Below are positions 48,597 through 58,004 of a DNA stretch of 64,000 bases, one piece after another. The position numbers were made by a program, and so were the translations under genes. The notes below the pieces were generated by a model. It was not told where the DNA came from and searched no databases. It worked only from the letters and a program-made list of their open reading frames with translations. This stretch comes from an uncultured Methylomirabilota bacterium. Its GTDB lineage: Bacteria; Methylomirabilota; Methylomirabilia; Methylomirabilales; 2-02-FULL-66-22. Every line of letters starts with the position of its first letter. Positions within the stretch are counted from its first letter, which is position 1. The DNA lies in assembly GCA_963705305.1 (NCBI GenBank), contig OY970067.1, positions 4,992,001 to 5,056,000 on the forward strand, given 5' to 3'.

Positions 48597-49958
48597 ATGA
48601 CCACGTGGGACGTCCCTGCACTCGTGAGCGAGGACCGCGCGCACCTACTCCACCCGTTGTACCATCCCGCCGACCACGCCGCGCCGCACATCTGGGTGCG
48701 CGGCCGCGGGGCCACCCTGACGGACGCCGCCGGGAAGGAGTTCTTGGACGGCCTGTCCTGCCTCTGGAATGTGAACGCGGGCCATGGCCGCCGGGAGCTG
48801 GCCGAGGCCGCGGCGGAGCAGATGGCCACCCTCGCCTTCTCCACCAATTACGTCGGCTCCTCCAACGTGCCGGCCATCCGGCTGGCCCGGCGGCTGATCG
48901 AGCTGGCCTACCCCAACCTAGCCGCGGTCTACTTCGCCAGCGGCGGGGCCGAGGCCAACGAGAGTGCGTTCAAGACGGCCCGCTTTTACTGGAAGACCCA
49001 GGGCCGGCCTGCCAAGGTGAAGATCATCTCCCGCCAGTACGGCTACCACGGGGTGACGCTGGCGGCCATGAGCGCCACCGCCGTCCCTGGATACGCCAAG
49101 ATGTTCGAGCCGCGCGTGCCCCACTTCATCCACACCGCCACCCCCTACGCGTACCGCTTCGAAGGGGCCGGGCCGGGCGAAACGGTGGGCCAGGCCGCGG
49201 CCCGCATGCTGGAAGAGACGCTCTTGCAGGAGGGCCCCGAGACGGTGGCTGCCGTCATCGCCGAGCCGGTGCAGGGGGCCGGTGGCATCCTCGTCCCACC
49301 GGACGACTACTTCCCACGCGTCCGGGAGATCTGCACCAAGCACGAGGTGCTCTTCATCGCCGACGAGGTCATCACCGGCTTCGGGCGCACCGGCCGCTGG
49401 TTCGCCCTGGAACGCTGGGGGGTCCAGCCCGACATCCTGGCCTTCGCCAAGGGGGTCACCAGCGGTTACCTCCCCCTGGGCGGCATCATGATCGCCCGCC
49501 CCATCTACGAGGCCATGCTGGGCGCCCCCTACGCCGACCGCTGGATGCACGCCTATACCTATTCGGGCCACGCCACCTGCTGTGCCGTGGGACTCCGCAA
49601 CCTGGAGATCATCGAGCAGGAGGGCTTGGTCGCGCGGGCCGAGGCCCGGGGCGCGCGGCTCTTGGCCGGCCTGCGGGCGGCCACGGCCGATCTGCGGGCG
49701 GTGGGGGAGGTGCGGGGCCTCGGCCTCATGGTGGCCGTCGAGCTAGTGGCCGATCGCGCGACCAAGGCCGCCTTCGACCCGGGGCTGCAGGTGATCGGAC
49801 GGATCAAGGCCGAGATGGAGGCCCGGGGGCTCTTCACCCGGTCCGTGCGGGACATCATCCTGCTGGCCCCGCCCCTGGTGATCACGGAGGCGCAGGTGGA
49901 CCGGATCGTGGAGATCGTCCGCGACAGCATCGCGGCGATCTGTCCGGAGCGAGTATAG
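48597..49958 (+). CDS. Class III PLP aminotransferase (omega-amine type)
   Basis: LWNVNAGHGR, GYHG, AEPVQGAGG, DEVITGFGRTG, AKGVTSGY; AGGAGG RBS. Confidence 0.92.
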   Translation: MTTWDVPALVSEDRAHLLHPLYHPADHAAPHIWVRGRGATLTDAAGKEFLDGLSCLWNVNAGHGRRELAEAAAEQMATLAFSTNYVGSSNVPAIRLARRLIELAYPNLAAVYFASGGAEANESAFKTARFYWKTQGRPAKVKIISRQYGYHGVTLAAMSATAVPGYAKMFEPRVPHFIHTATPYAYRFEGAGPGETVGQAAARMLEETLLQEGPETVAAVIAEPVQGAGGILVPPDDYFPRVREICTKHEVLFIADEVITGFGRTGRWFALERWGVQPDILAFAKGVTSGYLPLGGIMIARPIYEAMLGAPYADRWMHAYTYSGHATCCAVGLRNLEIIEQEGLVARAEARGARLLAGLRAATADLRAVGEVRGLGLMVAVELVADRATKAAFDPGLQVIGRIKAEMEARGLFTRSVRDIILLAPPLVITEAQVDRIVEIVRDSIAAICPERV

Positions 49959-50064
49959 ACACTCGAGCGGGTCGCGGTCGGCCGAGGCTACAGGGCCGGG
50001 CTGGGAAATCTCGGGGCCCAGTTGTTTTCCTGCCCTGCTCTTCGCCGGGAGGCGCGAGCACACT

Positions 50065-50514
50065 GTGGGGTTCTGGGATCTGTTGCGCCGCCGCCCCTTC
50101 CTCACCCCCCAGGAGCGCGACCAGATCGCGGCCGCGCTGGCGGGGATCGACCGCTATACGTCCGCGCGCATCGCCCTGCGCATCGACGAACGCCCGCAGG
50201 GGAATCCGGCCGCCCGGGCGAGCAGGCTGCTCCAGGCCTGGGACCTCCCGGAGGACGAGCGCGCCAGGGCGGTCCTGATTTACGCCTGCGCCGCCAATCG
50301 GCAGTTCGCCGTGGCGGGCGGGGAGGAGATCCGCCGGGTGGCCCCGCAGGCCTTCTGGATCCAGGTCGATCAGGACCTCCGGCACCACTTCCAGGAAGAG
50401 CGCTACTGCGACGGCTTCTTCAAGGCCCTGGCCCAGGTGGCCCGGCAGCTCCAGCACCATTTCCCCCCGCCGGCGGCTCCGCTTGCGACCGACGAACCCG
50501 ATCACGGGCCGTGA
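50065..50514 (+). CDS. TPM-domain protein
   Basis: FLTPQERDQIAAAL...TSARI...AVLIY...FAVAGGEEI. Confidence 0.7.
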   Translation: MGFWDLLRRRPFLTPQERDQIAAALAGIDRYTSARIALRIDERPQGNPAARASRLLQAWDLPEDERARAVLIYACAANRQFAVAGGEEIRRVAPQAFWIQVDQDLRHHFQEERYCDGFFKALAQVARQLQHHFPPPAAPLATDEPDHGP

Positions 50515-50638
50515 CCGCTGTTCGCCGCTCGTCCGTTTGCCGGGGGCGCGGCCCGGGTCCCGGAGAAAAGCGCGGCCGGGGCGGCAGACGCCTCGCCGCC
50601 CCGGCCCGTGGCATTCCGAGCACCCGGCGCTCGTCCGG

Positions 50639-51133
50639 CTATCCCTGACCGCGCTTCCCCAGCTGGCGGTCGAGCATGATCAGGGAGGGCTTGCTCTCGC
50701 CGATCATCTTGAACTGCTCCGCGATCAGGCCGGCGCTCTTCTCCTCCTCCACCTGCTCCGTGACGAACCACTGCAGAAGGACTTGGCTGGCGTAGTCGTT
50801 CTCCTTGACGGCCAGCGCGTATAGCTTGTGGATCGACTCCGTCACGCGCCGCTCGTGCTCCACCACCTGCTGAAAGATCTCCAGGGCCGACTTGAACTTC
50901 GCCGGGGGCTGGTCGATGGCCTTCAGAACCACCTGGCCGCCCCGATCGTTCACGTAGTCGAAGAACTTCATAGCGTGCGAGGTCTCCTCCTGGTATTGGA
51001 CCCGCATCCAGTGCGCCGTGCCGGGCAGGCTGTTCGTCTCGCAATGGGCCGACATGGCCAGATACAGGTAGGCCGAGTACAACTCCTTGTTGATCTGATC
51101 GTTGATCGCGTCTTGAATCGTCTTGGTCAGCAT
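50639..51133 (-). CDS. ftnA: Non-haem ferritin
   Basis: INKELYSAYLY, EETSHAMK, EHERRVT, QWFVTEQVEEE ferroxidase residues. Confidence 0.93.
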   Translation of the reverse strand: MLTKTIQDAINDQINKELYSAYLYLAMSAHCETNSLPGTAHWMRVQYQEETSHAMKFFDYVNDRGGQVVLKAIDQPPAKFKSALEIFQQVVEHERRVTESIHKLYALAVKENDYASQVLLQWFVTEQVEEEKSAGLIAEQFKMIGESKPSLIMLDRQLGKRGQG

Positions 51134-51251
51134 ACCGTTGCTCTCCTTTCGTGGGTCGGGGTTGCTCGTGCTTGTCCGCGATGGTCGGGCCCTGAGCCGG
51201 ACGGCGCCGCGCTCCGGTTCGAACGGCGGGTCGGACGGCCGAGCCGGTCCG

Positions 51252-52610
51252 TCAGGCGGCGTTGATCATCTCATCCACACGCGGGTCGCTGGGCTTGAAC
51301 GGATCCTTGCACAGGATGGTCCGCTGGTACCGATCGTTCAGCTTGAGGTAGGACCACCCGACGTCGTACGACTTGTTCCGCTCGTTGGCGAAATTGATGA
51401 AGTCGGAGCGGACCTTGGCCCGGGTCGTCTGCGGCGGGGTGGTCATGGCTTCTTCGATCAGTGCGTCGCTGAACAGCCGGTCGACCTGTTCCTGCCGGCA
51501 GAGCATGTTGTACAGGCCCCGGTCCCGGCGGATGTCGTGGTACTGGAGGTCCAGCATGCTGATCCGCTGGTCGTCGAAGCCGATCCCCTTGCGCGCCATG
51601 TAGGACTGGATCAGCTCCTGCTTGATGACCCAGTCCAGCTCCCGCGCGCACTGCCGGGGCTCCTCGGCCAGCTTGTCCAGGATGGTCTGCCAGCGCTCGA
51701 GGAGGTCGCTCACCTGGGGGGAGGGCTCCAGGCCGGCGTAGTAGTCCAGGGCCAGCTCCAGGTACTCCCGCTGCAGCTCGATGGCGGAGAATTCCTTCCC
51801 CCGCTTCAGCCGGACCTTCCGCCGGCAGCTGGTGTCGTGGGAGATCTCCTTGATGGCCCGGACCGGATCCTCCAGGGCCAGGTCCTTCCGGATGGCCCCG
51901 TCCTCCACCATGGCCAGGACCAGGGCCGTGGTCCCCACCTTGAGGTAGGTCGTCACCTCGGACATGTTCGAATCGCCGACGATGACGTGCAGGCGCCGGT
52001 ACTTCTCCTCGTCGGCGTGGGGCTCGTCGCGGGTGTTGATGATGCCGCGCGAGCTGGTGGTGGCCCCCGAGATCTCCTGATAGATATGCTGGGCGCGCTG
52101 CGAGATGTAGTAGTGGTTGCCCAGCCGGGTCTTCAGCACCTTGCCCGCGCCGGCGAAGACCTGCCGCGTCACGAAGAAGGGAATCAGCTGTTCGGCCAGC
52201 TTGTGGAAGTTGGCCCCGCGCTCCACCAGGTAGTTCTCGTGACAGCCGTAGGTGTTGCCCACCGAGTCGGTGTTGTTCTTGAAGATGAAGATGTCGCAAT
52301 CGATGCCGTTCTCGCGCAGCTTGCGCTCCGCCGTGAGCAGGAGCTCCTCGATGACCCGCTCTCCCGCCTTGTCGTGCAGCGTGAGGTCGAAGGGGTTGTC
52401 GCACTCGGGCGTGGCGTATTCGGGATGGCAGCCGGTGTCCTGATAGAGCCGGGCCCCGTTGCGCAGGAAATCGTTGGTGCCGCGCTGGCGCGAGACGACC
52501 CGCTCGAAGAGATACCCGAGGGCGCTCTCCACCGAGAGGTTCACCCGGCCGCCGGCCGAGGAAGAGATCAGGCCGTACTCGTTCTCCAGCCCGAAAATTC
52601 GCCGCTGCAT
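51252..52610 (-). CDS. pafA: Pup-protein ligase
   Basis: RRIFGLENEYG, NGARLYQDTGCHPEYATPEC, KNNTDSVGNTYGCHENY, PPQTTRA, CKDPF; no Dop loop. Confidence 0.93.
   Translation of the reverse strand: MQRRIFGLENEYGLISSSAGGRVNLSVESALGYLFERVVSRQRGTNDFLRNGARLYQDTGCHPEYATPECDNPFDLTLHDKAGERVIEELLLTAERKLRENGIDCDIFIFKNNTDSVGNTYGCHENYLVERGANFHKLAEQLIPFFVTRQVFAGAGKVLKTRLGNHYYISQRAQHIYQEISGATTSSRGIINTRDEPHADEEKYRRLHVIVGDSNMSEVTTYLKVGTTALVLAMVEDGAIRKDLALEDPVRAIKEISHDTSCRRKVRLKRGKEFSAIELQREYLELALDYYAGLEPSPQVSDLLERWQTILDKLAEEPRQCARELDWVIKQELIQSYMARKGIGFDDQRISMLDLQYHDIRRDRGLYNMLCRQEQVDRLFSDALIEEAMTTPPQTTRAKVRSDFINFANERNKSYDVGWSYLKLNDRYQRTILCKDPFKPSDPRVDEMINAA
51522..52044. repeat. 523-bp direct repeat, copy A (inside pafA)
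   Basis: Compared line by line with 54645-55167; no mismatch found; offset 3123 bp. Confidence 0.95.
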
Positions 52611-52625
52611 GACGAGTGCGGGGGA

Positions 52626-53327
52626 TCAGGCATCCCCACTGCCCTCCTTTTCCACATAGGTCCGCAGCTCCGCCAGAGGAAGCCGTCGGAATTTCCGCCC
52701 CGGCCGCTCCCGCTCGAGGAGGGCCACTTCCAGGCTGGCCGCCTTCACCTGCTGGCTGGCCGCCGCCTCCAGGGCTCGGGTGGCCAGTTGGAGCGCGGCC
52801 TCCAGGCTGAGGCCCTCGCTGTACTTGTCGCGCAGAAAGATCTTCAGCTCCTCCGCCTGGCCGCCGATGCTCGCGTAGCCCTTCTCGTCGGCGATGCTGC
52901 CGTCGAAGGCGATCCGATACAGCTCGTTGCCGGCCGCTCCCTCCCCCACCTCCAGGACCAGGATCTCCACCTCCAGCGGCTTGATCTCCATGCTGAAGAT
53001 GTTGCCGATGACCTGGGAGTAAGCGCTGGCCAGTGATTTCGCCGTGACGTCCTCGCGACCATACGCGTACCCCTTCAGGTCGGCGTAGCGGATCCCCTCC
53101 TTGCGCAGCCGCTCGAATTCGCTGTACCTTCCCGCGCCGGCGAAGGCGATGCGGTCGTAAATCTCCGAGATCTTGTTGAGCGAGGCGCTGGGATTCTCCG
53201 CCACCATGAGCAGTCCCCGGTCGAACTCCAGGGCAATGATGGACTTCCCCTTGGCGATGCCCTTGCGGGCGTATTCCGCCTTGTCCTGCATCATCTGTTC
53301 GGGAGAGACGTAATAGGGCAGCGCCAT
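52626..53327 (-). CDS. prcA: 20S proteasome alpha subunit
   Basis: PYYVSPEQMMQDKAEYARKGIAKGKS, KISEIYDRIAF, KPLEVE. Confidence 0.95.
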   Translation of the reverse strand: MALPYYVSPEQMMQDKAEYARKGIAKGKSIIALEFDRGLLMVAENPSASLNKISEIYDRIAFAGAGRYSEFERLRKEGIRYADLKGYAYGREDVTAKSLASAYSQVIGNIFSMEIKPLEVEILVLEVGEGAAGNELYRIAFDGSIADEKGYASIGGQAEELKIFLRDKYSEGLSLEAALQLATRALEAAASQQVKAASLEVALLERERPGRKFRRLPLAELRTYVEKEGSGDA

Positions 53328-53402
53328 CGTTTGGCCCTCAGTGGTGGTGGCCCCGGCCGCCGGGAAGCGGATGTCGTCCTTCCCGCGCCCCGACGTGTCT
53401 CA

Positions 53403-53526
53403 GGGGCTCGCTGAAAAACTCGTTTGGCCCAGGCTGCGCAGACAGAACCACATGCGCGGGGACCCATCCGCAGGATGGGCACCCATCAGATGGGTACCCG
53501 GCAGATGGTCCTTTTTCAGCAGCCCG
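53403..53526. mobile_element. MITE-like element, copy 3 (degenerate), between prcB and prcA
   Basis: GGCTCGCTGAAAAA...GCCCAGGCTGC...GATGGGTACCCGGCAGATGGTCCTTTTTCAGCAGCCCG, then TTAG holding the prcB stop. Confidence 0.7.
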
Positions 53527-54324
53527 TTAGGCCGATCGGCGGGCGTTCACCAGGGTCTGGCAAACGGAGGCCACGCGATCCTCGGGAACATCCTGGGTCC
53601 CCTGCCGGGTCACCAGCTTGACAGTCGGAAAGATCCCCCGGACGAAATCCGGCCCGCCGGTCCCCCGGTCCTCGTCCGCGGCGTCGTACAGCGCCTCCAG
53701 ACCCGTCGCGATCGCTTCGGCCTCTTCCAGGCCCAGCCGGTAGAGCTTCTTGAGGCTGGAGCGGGCGTCCTTGCCGCCGGAGCCGATGGCGTAGTATTCG
53801 GCTTCGTCGTATCGGCCGCCAGCCACGTCGTACTTGTAGATGCGCCCCTCGTCACGGCGCAGGTCGTACCCGACGAAGATCGGCACGACCACCAGACCTT
53901 GCATGGCCAGGGGGAGGTTCGCCCGCACCATCTGGGCCAGGCGGTTGGCCTTGCCCTCCAGGCTCAGCCCCAGGCCTTCCAATTTCTCGTAGTGGGCCAG
54001 CTCGGTCTGGAAGAGCCGGACCATCTCGAGGCACGGTCCCGCGGCGCCCGCGATGGCGATGGCCGAGTGCTCGTCGGTCGCATACACCTTCTCGATCCGC
54101 CGCGAGGCCACCTGGTAGCCTTCGGTGGCCTGCCGGTCCCCGGCGATCACCACCCCCTGGCGGTACGTGAGGGCCAGCACGGTGGTCCCGGTGGGAACGG
54201 GCGGGGCGGTCTCGTGCGCCTCTCGCCCCTCCGCAGCGAACTGGGGCACGAGCTGCGGTTGGCGCTGGCGGACCAGGTCGAAGAAGCTGGAGCTGGCGTC
54301 GTTTTGGAAGAATGAAGGCTCCAC
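53527..54324 (-). CDS. prcB: 20S proteasome beta subunit with propeptide
   Basis: SSSFFDL propeptide; G|TTVLA processing site; AGDRQAT, IGSGG, DRGTGGPD; GTG start after AGGAGG. Confidence 0.95.
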   Translation of the reverse strand: MEPSFFQNDASSSFFDLVRQRQPQLVPQFAAEGREAHETAPPVPTGTTVLALTYRQGVVIAGDRQATEGYQVASRRIEKVYATDEHSAIAIAGAAGPCLEMVRLFQTELAHYEKLEGLGLSLEGKANRLAQMVRANLPLAMQGLVVVPIFVGYDLRRDEGRIYKYDVAGGRYDEAEYYAIGSGGKDARSSLKKLYRLGLEEAEAIATGLEALYDAADEDRGTGGPDFVRGIFPTVKLVTRQGTQDVPEDRVASVCQTLVNARRSA

Positions 54325-54338
54325 GGAACGGACCCCTC

Positions 54339-55823
54339 CTAGCCGGCCAGCCGCTCCAGCAGCTCGGCCACACTCTCCGATCGCTCCAGAACCTCCCCCA
54401 CCAGCTTCCGCGTGCCCCGTCCGGGCTCCGCCATGGGAATCCGCTTGACCGTGGCGTCGCCCGTGTCCAGCAGCACGGAGCTCCAGCTCGCCCCGTAGAC
54501 CTGGGCGCCGAATTTTTGAAGACACATGCCCCGGAAGTACGCCCGCGTATCCGTCGGCGGATGGCCGGCGGCCCAGAGGATCTCGTCATCGCTCAGCAGC
54601 CGATCCACGTATCCTTCCCGCTCCATCCGGTAGTAGATGCCTTTGTCCCGGCGGATGTCGTGGTACTGGAGGTCCAGCATGCTGATCCGCTGGTCGTCGA
54701 AGCCGATCCCCTTGCGCGCCATGTAGGACTGGATCAGCTCCTGCTTGATGACCCAGTCCAGCTCCCGCGCGCACTGCCGGGGCTCCTCGGCCAGCTTGTC
54801 CAGGATGGTCTGCCAGCGCTCGAGGAGGTCGCTCACCTGGGGGGAGGGCTCCAGGCCGGCGTAGTAGTCCAGGGCCAGCTCCAGGTACTCCCGCTGCAGC
54901 TCGATGGCGGAGAATTCCTTCCCCCGCTTCAGCCGGACCTTCCGCCGGCAGCTGGTGTCGTGGGAGATCTCCTTGATGGCCCGGACCGGATCCTCCAGGG
55001 CCAGGTCCTTCCGGATGGCCCCGTCCTCCACCATGGCCAGGACCAGGGCCGTGGTCCCCACCTTGAGGTAGGTCGTCACCTCGGACATGTTCGAATCGCC
55101 GACGATGACGTGCAGGCGCCGGTACTTCTCCTCGTCGGCGTGGGGCTCGTCGCGGGTGTTGATGATGGGCCGCTTGGCCATCGTGTCCAGCCCGATCAGG
55201 GTCTCGAAGAAATCGGCCCGCTGGGAGAGCTGGAAGCGGCAGGGCTCCGTGCCGTTCTCGAAGCCGACCTTCCCCGAACCGCAGAAGACGATCCGAGAGA
55301 CCAGGAAGGTCGTGAGGCCCTCCACCAGCTTGTCGAACGGGACGCTGCGGGCCATCAGGTAGTTCTCGTGATATCCGTAGCTGTTTCCCTTCCCGTCGCT
55401 GTTGTTCTTGTAGATCATTAGCTGCTGAGAGGGTGGAAGCTTGCGGTTGGCCGCCTCGCGGCACTGGTCCGCCACGCGCTCCCCGGCCTTCTCGAAGAGC
55501 ACCAGGTCCCGGGCGTTGGTGGTCTCGGGGGTGGAGTATTCGGGGTGCGCCCCGTCCACGTACAGCCGGCCGCCATTGGTCAGGATCTTATTGATCGCCC
55601 GGTTGTCCTGCTGGCTGGGCCGCTCCCGCTCGCCGCTGGCCTCGAACCCTCGGGCGTCCAGCAGCGGATTCTCCCCCGCATAATCCCACATGACGCGGGG
55701 GGGCTGAGTCATCGGCAGCGCGTTGATGAGGAAGATGGAACTGCCTACGGGATCGAAGCCGGCGCCCTCCCGCGCCGTGATCCCGAATTCGGTCTCGCTC
55801 CCCATGATCTTGTCGATCGCCAT
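54339..55823 (-). CDS. dop: Pup deamidase/depupylase
   Basis: GSETEFG, Dop loop WDYAGENPLLDARG, NGGRLYVDGAHPEYSTPE, KNNSDGKG, PPTDTRAYFRG, ASWSS, EPGRGT. Confidence 0.93.
   Translation of the reverse strand: MAIDKIMGSETEFGITAREGAGFDPVGSSIFLINALPMTQPPRVMWDYAGENPLLDARGFEASGERERPSQQDNRAINKILTNGGRLYVDGAHPEYSTPETTNARDLVLFEKAGERVADQCREAANRKLPPSQQLMIYKNNSDGKGNSYGYHENYLMARSVPFDKLVEGLTTFLVSRIVFCGSGKVGFENGTEPCRFQLSQRADFFETLIGLDTMAKRPIINTRDEPHADEEKYRRLHVIVGDSNMSEVTTYLKVGTTALVLAMVEDGAIRKDLALEDPVRAIKEISHDTSCRRKVRLKRGKEFSAIELQREYLELALDYYAGLEPSPQVSDLLERWQTILDKLAEEPRQCARELDWVIKQELIQSYMARKGIGFDDQRISMLDLQYHDIRRDKGIYYRMEREGYVDRLLSDDEILWAAGHPPTDTRAYFRGMCLQKFGAQVYGASWSSVLLDTGDATVKRIPMAEPGRGTRKLVGEVLERSESVAELLERLAG
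54645..55167. repeat. 523-bp direct repeat, copy B (inside dop)
   Basis: Identical to 51522-52044. Confidence 0.95.
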
Positions 55824-55941
55824 AGATGGACCCTTTCGGGACCGTCGCCGTGCGGCCCGCCCTCGCCTGGATCACCTCCTGAAGGCAAGACCGCGGGTCA
55901 CAGCCCTGACGGGCCGGCGGAGCCTGGTGCGGAAGCCGCCG

Positions 55942-57760
55942 TCAGAGGTAGTGACCCGTGGTGATGGTCTCGACCTTGCGCGGCTTCTTCTGCTCGCGAT
56001 CGAACACCGGACGAACGTGCACGATCCGCTCGCCCCGTCGTCCGGCAATCTTGGCCCAATCATCGGGGTTGGTCGTATTCGGAAGGTCCTCGTTCTCCCG
56101 GAACTCGGCTTTGACGGCCTCGATGAGGTCGCTCGCGGTGATGCCCTTCACCCCGCTGGTGATCATCCGCTTCACCGCGGCCTTCTTGGCCCGCGTGCAG
56201 ACGCTTTCGATCAGCGCCCCGCTGACGAAGTCCTTGAAGTAGAGCGTCTCCTTCTCGCCGGAGGCGTAGGTCACTTCGAGGAAGCGGTGGGCGTCGTCGG
56301 TCTCGAACATCTCGCCCAGGGCCGACTCGATCAGGCTGGCGACCGTGGCCGCCGGATCGTCCCGTTGCGCCGCCAGGGTGTCCGGGGCCAGCGGAAGGTC
56401 CGGGGTGAGGTACTTGGAGAAGATCTCCCGAGCGGCGTCCCGGTTGGGACGTTCGATCCGGATCTTGACGTCGAAGCGGCCGGGACGGAGAACGGCGGGA
56501 TCGATGAGGTCCTGCCGGTTGCTGGCCCCGATGACGACCACGTGGCGCAGCCCCTCCACCCCGTCCAGCTCGGCCAGGAACTGGGGCACGATGGTGGACT
56601 CGACGTCCGAGGAGATGCCGGATCCGCGCGTCCGGAACAGGGAGTCCATCTCGTCGAAGAAGACCACCACCGGGGCCCCGGCGCTGGCCTTCTCCCGGGC
56701 GCGGGCGAACACTTCGCGGATCTTGCGCTCCGTCTCCCCCACGTACTTATTGAGCAGCTCGGGACCCTTGACGTTGAGGAAGTAGGCCGGGCTGGGCGTG
56801 CCGGTCTGCCGGCTCAGCTGCTGGGCCAGCGCATTCGCCACCGCCTTGGCGATGAGCGTCTTCCCGCAGCCGGGCGGCCCGTACAGCAGGACCCCCTTGG
56901 GTGGGGCGAGCTTGTGGGCGGCGAAGTGCTCGGCGTAGAGGACCGGCAGCTCGATGGCGTCGCGGATCTGCTCGATCTGCGCCGCCAGCCCCCCGACGTC
57001 GTTGTAGGTGATGTTGGGGACTTCTTCCAGCACCAGGTCTTCCACCTCGGCCTTGGGCAGCTTCTCCAGCACGACCCCGGCCCGCGCATCCAGCCGCAGA
57101 TGGTCTCCCACCTGGAGCGGCACGTCGCGCAGCTGGGCCGAGAGCTCCACCACCCGCTCTTCGTCCGCACGGAGGCTGACGATGGCCCGCCCCTCGTCCA
57201 ACCGATCCTTCAGGCGCACCACCTCTCCCTGCAGGTCCTGGCCTCCCACGTCCACCACGTTCAGGGCCTCGTTCAGGACGACCTCTTGGCCCCGGTACAG
57301 CTCGCCGCTCTTGACCATGGGGGCAATGTTCACCTTCATCTTCCGGCCGCCGGTCCAGAACGTCCGCCGTGCTGTCTGGGTAATGCTGCAGGAAGATGCC
57401 GTAACTGGACGGAGGCGCGGCCAGCTTGTCCACCTCGGCGCGCAAGGAGGCGATCTGCTCCTTGGCCTGGTTCAGCGCGGCCACCAGGCGATCGTTCTGC
57501 TGCTGGGCTCGATCCAGCTGTTCCCGCGACTGGCTCAGCTTGTTGCGCAGGAACTCGAATTCCTTGGGGGTCTGTTCCAGCCGTCGCCGCAGGTGGAACA
57601 TCTCCTCTTCCAGCGCCTTGACCTGAGCTTGAAGATTCTCGATATCCATGGCATCTTGACCGAACGCCCGCGCGAGGGCGGGATCTGACTTCGAAGGTTG
57701 CCCGGAAAGCTTCTGCATCGTCTTTCGCAGCGAGTTGAGCCTGGTCTCGGAATCCCCCAT
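55942..57760 (-). CDS. arc: Proteasome AAA+ ATPase ARC/Mpa with a one-base frameshift at ~57360
   Basis: N-terminal coiled coil and [38 protein letters not shown]-terminal GHYL; deleting one base at 57358-57366 gives [13 protein letters not shown]. Confidence 0.93.
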
Positions 57761-57863
57761 GCCGACTGGTCCTCCGCCGCTGCCGGCCGCCGATCACCCC
57801 TCGCCGCGCGCTCGTGCCACTACAGCGCGCGCGACAAGAGCACGCTCTTTCGGTTTCGATCGT

Positions 57864-57891
57864 ATATTAAACGGCTTCAAGGGGGTGTCAA
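57864..57891 (-). promoter_or_regulatory. Putative sigma70 promoter for arc
   Basis: TTGACA-16 bp-TAATAT on the minus strand. Confidence 0.5.
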
Positions 57892-57947
57892 GCTCCTTTT
57901 CCGCCCGCGCGGGCGGCGATTTTCGGGCCGTTCACCGGCCGCCAGAC

Positions 57948-57978
57948 ACCGATGGCTGGGAACACCCCAGCCATCGGT
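57948..57978. terminator. Perfect 13-bp stem-loop downstream of pup and the zinc-ribbon gene (no U tract)
   Basis: ACCGATGGCTGGG-AACAC-CCCAGCCATCGGT. Confidence 0.45.
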
Positions 57979-58004
57979 CGGCGACCCCGCCATCGCGTCT
58001 GCGG

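Noticed and set aside
55942..57760. arc, copA and the radical SAM gene as true pseudogenes
   Set aside because: Each has a single lesion in an identical sequence context with otherwise intact motifs, so a systematic sequencing error is more parsimonious.
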